Assembly: GCA_016906335.1 (NCBI GenBank)
Contig: JADEYG010000007.1
Span: 1 to 64,000, forward strand
DNA length: 64,000 nucleotides
Reading direction: 5' to 3'
Source: Novakomyces olei
Taxonomy: Eukaryota
Shown: piece by piece, positions 59,005 to 64,000 of the stretch
Layout: the number at the start of each line of letters is the position of its first letter
Numbering within the stretch: position 1 is the first letter of the stretch
Position numbers and translations under genes: made by a program
The notes under the pieces: generated by a model
Told to the model about the DNA's origin: nothing
What the model saw: the letters and a program-made list of their open reading frames with translations, nothing else
Databases searched by the model: none

Positions 59005-60420
59005 TCAGATACACGAGAGCTCTGTAAGGCTCTCTTGCAGAGCCTGCACGCCTGCAGCCAAGTCGGTCTCGCTTATAACGAGTGGAGGAGCAATGCGGAT
59101 ACGATTTTTGGCCGCGTGTGTCAGAACACCCTTTTTCAGCATAAGATTTGCAACATTAGTAGCCGTAACGTGTTCCGTCTCAGCAAGGGATACAGCATAA
59201 AATAAACCGCGACCAGAAATTTTAGCAATGTATGGGGATTTAATAGCACGTATAAATGTGCCTAGTTTTTCCCCCATTACTTTGGATCGTTTCGAAAGAT
59301 CTTCTTCTATGATGACGTCAACTGCTGCTATTGCCACAGCACATGCAAGCGGATTCCCGGAGAACGTGGAGCTGTGCCTGTATTTGTGATCAATAAATAG
59401 AAACTAAAATAAAATTTAATTCGCATGCGTTAGATAAACAACTAAAACACTTACTGGCCTCCTTGAGATAGTACCTGCAGGATTTCTTGCTTTCCAAGAA
59501 CCATTGAAACTGGATAAATGCCGCCCGAAAGTGCCTTACCGACAACAACAACATCGGGAGTGATGTCCTCCTGCTGGTAAGCCATAAATGAGCCTGTGCG
59601 ACCGAACCCCGACTGAATTTCGTCTGCAATGAGAAGAACATTGTATTCCTTGCACAATTGTGCTACTTGCTGAAGATATCCTTCAGAAGGTTCAATACAT
59701 CCCCCGTAGCCCTGAACTGGCTCTATTAAAAATGCAGCGATCTTATCGCCTTCAGATTCAAACACTCTGCGTAAATCTTCAATATTGTTGAACCTTACTG
59801 GACCTTTGGCGCAGCAGTTCGGGCCAAATCCTGGCAAGAAAGGACCAAAATCTGGAAGAAAAAGATAATATGTTAGAATCAATTAAGCATATTGTTCGAA
59901 TTTGTGCATTGCACTTACGTTCTTTTAGATAGTCATTGCATGATGCCGATAGCGGCGACAAAGTTTTGCCGTGGAAGTTGCCCTCACAAGTTACTACAAG
60001 TGCCTCTCCTTCGGGCACGTGCTTTACAGTGTAAGCCCATTTACGAGCGGCCTTAACAGCAGTATCTATTGCATCAGATCCCGTGTTCATTGCGATAGCC
60101 ATATCAAAGCCAAGAATATTGCACATCTTTTCACACAAACCCCCGTAAAGATCATTATAATAAGATCGTGACACAATTGTAGCTTTCTGGCACTGTTTCA
60201 GACTAGCATCAACGATTTTAGGGTGACAATGTCCTTGATTCACTACTGAAAATCCGGAAAGAAAATCGATATATTGTTGGCCCTCAATGTCCCACATATG
60301 AGCACCTTTGGCTCGCGTAATAACCACATCGAGCGAAGGAAGAGCAGTGGTAGAATACTGCTTTTCTTTCGCGATGATGGTTTTGCTCTGATTGCTCAGC
60401 TTCCCCCATGTCAATGTCAT
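59005..60420 (-). CDS. Ornithine aminotransferase-like class III PLP aminotransferase, 2 introns
   Basis: DFLSGFSVVNQGHCHP, AARKW, NFHG, EPVQG, ADEIQSGFGRTG, GKALSGG, IRIAPPL. Confidence 0.9.
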
Positions 60421-60968
60421 TTCTTCTGTGTGCGTTGTAGATTTTGGGTTCTGCGCCGAATTTGTGTATACACAAATATATACTGTTCATCGCTCGAGTT
60501 TAGACTGTATTCTGTTGCGGATAAAGATACCTAATCGAGCTAATCTAGGGTCTACTTACAAGCTGTCAATTCTATCTAGCATAGCGTTACTTATACATTG
60601 CGACTTTATTTTGCTCGTCTTATCTCTGACTCTCAACTTTGGTAGGGAAATAAAATTATTGATGTTCACGTGCCTGACTGCTGCCAAAGCATGATTTTTA
60701 AGTTACACGTTTAAATTTTAAGCATTTAATTTGTTGTCGAATGCTAGCTTTAAAAGTGCTAAGCTGAAGGAGGCCAAATGCTGTTTAAGACCGAGAGTAT
60801 ACTTCACTGTGTGGCGTATCTTTCAGGTTCTCGACCTGGTTATATTTCTAAAAATCAAAATTAATTTTAGTATTACTGCATCTACAACAGGCTAGTAATA
60901 CAAGCAATTTTCACAAACTTTAAAAGAGTATGGTTTCACGAAAGACAATAATATTGCTAAAGCAAATC

Positions 60969-62641
60969 CTATCTAACATAAACAAATCTATCCTGCTCCT
61001 TATCTGTAAGGTCAAAAAACTCCTCGTTCTCCATCGGCGGATTGGGGTTCTTTGCAAGCATTTCCGCCCGTTTTTGATTCAATCGCCCAATGTACACGTA
61101 GTAAGCCATGGGCGCGAGCAGAACGATACAGAAACAAATAAGCATGGTCTTGAAAGCCGTGGGATAAGCAGGAGCCTCGCTTGTCAACACAAATTGCGGC
61201 CCGATAATAAAGCCAGCAGCATAAGCGACAAACATGACAACATTGTTTGTCATTCTCTTTGTATGCCCAGCGGTATTGCTGCTACCCAAAGCCCAAACAA
61301 GTGGCAAACTGGCATTGGTAAAATTCGTAAGATAAAACCCAATCAACCGTCCCGCACGGTTTGAACGCGGGAGACCATATATGAGCCCTGAACCCAAAAC
61401 TGCTGGTACGTTAAATGCCATTTGCAAAAAGCATCGAGTATTAGGGTATTTCTGAGAAATAAGACCAGCAATAATCAATCCGAGATCTTCAGTAAATCCT
61501 AGTGGAGCATTTAAAGCGCTGCTAGCAAACGTGCTAAAGCCAAAGCTTCTGATAACTATAGAACCAAACTAATATGATTAGTGCAAAGTTTTAAGCAATA
61601 CAAATCTTACGTTTGCGACATCGGAGATCGGAATCATCCAAGCAATTGTGTAAAAAAAACTCCACCAGACAAGAGGATCCAAAAGCGCTTCTTTCATTTG
61701 ATACATCTTGAACTTTTTAGATCCAACACCAGTACGATTGTCTCTTAAGCGCTCTATCGCAACAGCGCGCTCCCGTTCATTCAAGAATTTGGCGGTCAAA
61801 GGTGAATCAGGCATGAACGCAAATAAAACAAAACTCCAAACAAACGCTAAAATTCCGAAAATAATAAAGAACCACTTCCACACAGGAATAGCCGACTTGA
61901 TATGAGCAATGCCGTATGAGCTCAGCGATTGGATAATAATGGCCACGCCATTACCCGCCGTCCAAATCATCAATCGAAAGGGAATTTCATCTTTTTTATA
62001 AAACGATGAAGTAATTGTGACATAGGCAGGACCAATTCCACCTTCAGCTAAGCCCAAGAGAAATCGTAAAGCAGCCAGGGACCCGAAATTATGAGCCGCC
62101 GCTGTTATCAAAAGAATTGCTGCCCAGATGATGCAACTGTAGGCGACGAAGCGACCAGGACGAAACTTTGTAATTAAAACCATGACGATAGGTTGCGATA
62201 CAAGGTATCCAAAGTAGAAAATTGATCTAGGTATTTAGTACTTGATTTTAAAACTAATGATTCGGAACTTACGAGCACCAAGAATACTCTTGACCTTTCA
62301 AATTCAAATTTGTGATCAATCCATAGATCGCGGACTGCGACATGACACTTTTGTCCATGTACGTAAACATGTAAGAGATAAACATCTAAAAAGGTTAACA
62401 GTCGGCTTTGGCGATCCAAAGTATTATTTTTTCTTACCGGTGGCATAACATGAAAGTCGATCTTGCGCAAAAGAGCCTTCTCTTCCTCGTTTGTAAAAGA
62501 CACAGATCCAACTTCATGTAGGTACTGGAGCGCTTCATCTGGTGCAGTAAAGGCTGTACCTTTAGTAGCATCAAGAGGTAGAACCTCTCCATTCTCCCTA
62601 TCTGCATCAATCACCTCGGTGATGTTTTCTGCTTTCTCCAT
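60969..62641 (-). CDS. MFS allantoate/Dal5-family permease, multi-exon
   Basis: LLRKID, LRFLLG..E, MPDSP..AKFL, SNTAGHTK, IGPQ, DLTD. Confidence 0.9.
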
Positions 62642-63356
62642 AGTATAGTGTTAATACTAGGGACGATATATAAAGTATAATAGACCCGCAACAAAATGCG
62701 TGTATAAATAATTATCAAGCTAAAAAAGGTGATTGGGGAAAATAGTGACAGGTACAAGTAACTCGAGAGATAGAGCCAAAGTCTTGTGGGTAAATGTGGA
62801 GCAGAACCTTGTGGTTCAAAACTCGAAGACAGCGCTCTTTTATGGACTTAGGAATGGATGCCTCACGACCTTTTAAGCAGATAAAGGGACTTGAAAAAGA
62901 TAAGTTGCGTTTGATTGTCTATAGTCTCTATCAAGCGTGTTATACACCATTGACAACACCTTATTACTGATAAACGTTATCTCAAGTGCGTCGGCTGTAA
63001 AAAGTACGGAATACTTGCCCAAATATGGTTAATAAAGCGACAGTGCGGAAAACTGACCAATTTGAGACGTGCGACACGCAAACTTGCAAAGTCCATATCA
63101 TATCAGTCAGTATCGTTTCACGATTATGTGTAACCACGTAAAGCAGGCAATTGCCGCTGATTACGGAAGAGCGGCTCGCATTGCAATAATCCGACCTTGC
63201 AAACTATTCGAGCATTATAAAGAAGGACAAATTCACTCCAAGTTGCTCTGAATTCTGGCAAGAAAACGGGACGTTTTCTACCAAACAGACACAGGCAGCT
63301 TTGAAATTCGACCGAAAAGCAGACTAGAAACGAGAATCGGAGCATAAAAAGTAAAA

Positions 63357-64000
63357 ATGGCAACAACGGCTATTGTGCAAACACAAGAGAAGGTGGACTC
63401 AAAGAAGCCGCGATGGAACACATCACTGCTCCCGCCCAGAAAAGACTTTGTGCCGCCAAAGACTTTTGTCTTCCCTGCTTTGCTGCAAGAAGTGCCTCTG
63501 AACCCGGATGGGCCCACAGAAGTTCCACAGAAAACAGTTCGTGATTATTCCAAAGAATACGTAAGTCCGGAAACAAGAAAGGAAAAATTGAAAATGCAAT
63601 TAAAGCAATTAAAAAGCATCTAGCTGACATTTATGTAGTACAAGTACAAGCATTTCCTGCCACACAATACCATCACTTCTGAGCCTGCACTAACGCCTTA
63701 CGATCATGTGGATCCGGCTTCGCGAGCTGATCCTGAAAAGAAGGCTTTGTTTGCAGCCATGAAGAAAAGACGTGACGTTACGCCTGTGATTGGTACAGAA
63801 GTGGATGGTGTTCAGCTTACGGAATTGACGAATGAGCAAAAGGACGAGCTTGCTTTGTATGTTGCGGAGCGTGGAGTTGTTGTTTTCCGTAATCAAAATT
63901 TCAAAGATCTCAGTCCAGAGGAACTCAAGGAATACGGATCTTACTTTGGCCGCTTACATGTACATCAATGGGGTACTCATGTGAGAGACCACCCTGAACT
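63357..64000 (+). CDS. TauD/JLP1-like alpha-ketoglutarate-dependent dioxygenase (partial, runs off window)
   Basis: HVDPASRAD, VTPVIGTEVDGVQL, ELALYVAERGVVVFRNQ, FGRLHVH; intron about 63561-63638. Confidence 0.88.

Overview
Left chromosome end of an intron-containing ascomycete fungus; the species cannot be determined from the sequence. Bases 1-127 are a telomere whose repeat changes from distal TTAGTTAGGG to proximal TTAGTCAGGG. From 286 to 18187 lies a nest of three Ty3/gypsy chromoviruses. Element A (286-6605) is full length. Element B (6606-18187) is 5'-truncated. Element C (9408-16366) is intact and inserted in B with a CTTGC target-site duplication. All three carry an extra ORF between pol and the 3' LTR. 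A and B each encode a C2H2 zinc finger plus JmjC (KDM2/Epe1-like) dioxygenase whose last codons are the polypurine tract, which suggests a retrotransposon-borne anti-silencing enzyme paired with a chromodomain integrase. C encodes an antisense Gal4-type Zn2Cys6 plus coiled-coil mini-protein. The subtelomere continues with a FunK1 kinase, a Crinkler-like NTPase/REase remnant, STE20-kinase and DBP4 pseudogenes, CobW/ZNG1, PhyH, GH5 glucanase, a MITE-like foldback with telomere-like arms, NmrA, two HNH paralogues and an intronless MFS/CocE pair. It ends in a lam-like catabolic cluster: urea-carboxylase-like enzyme, class II aldolase, Zn2Cys6 TF, LamB/YcsF, ornithine aminotransferase, Dal5-type permease and TauD. 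All family assignments come from motif recognition by eye, not database searches.
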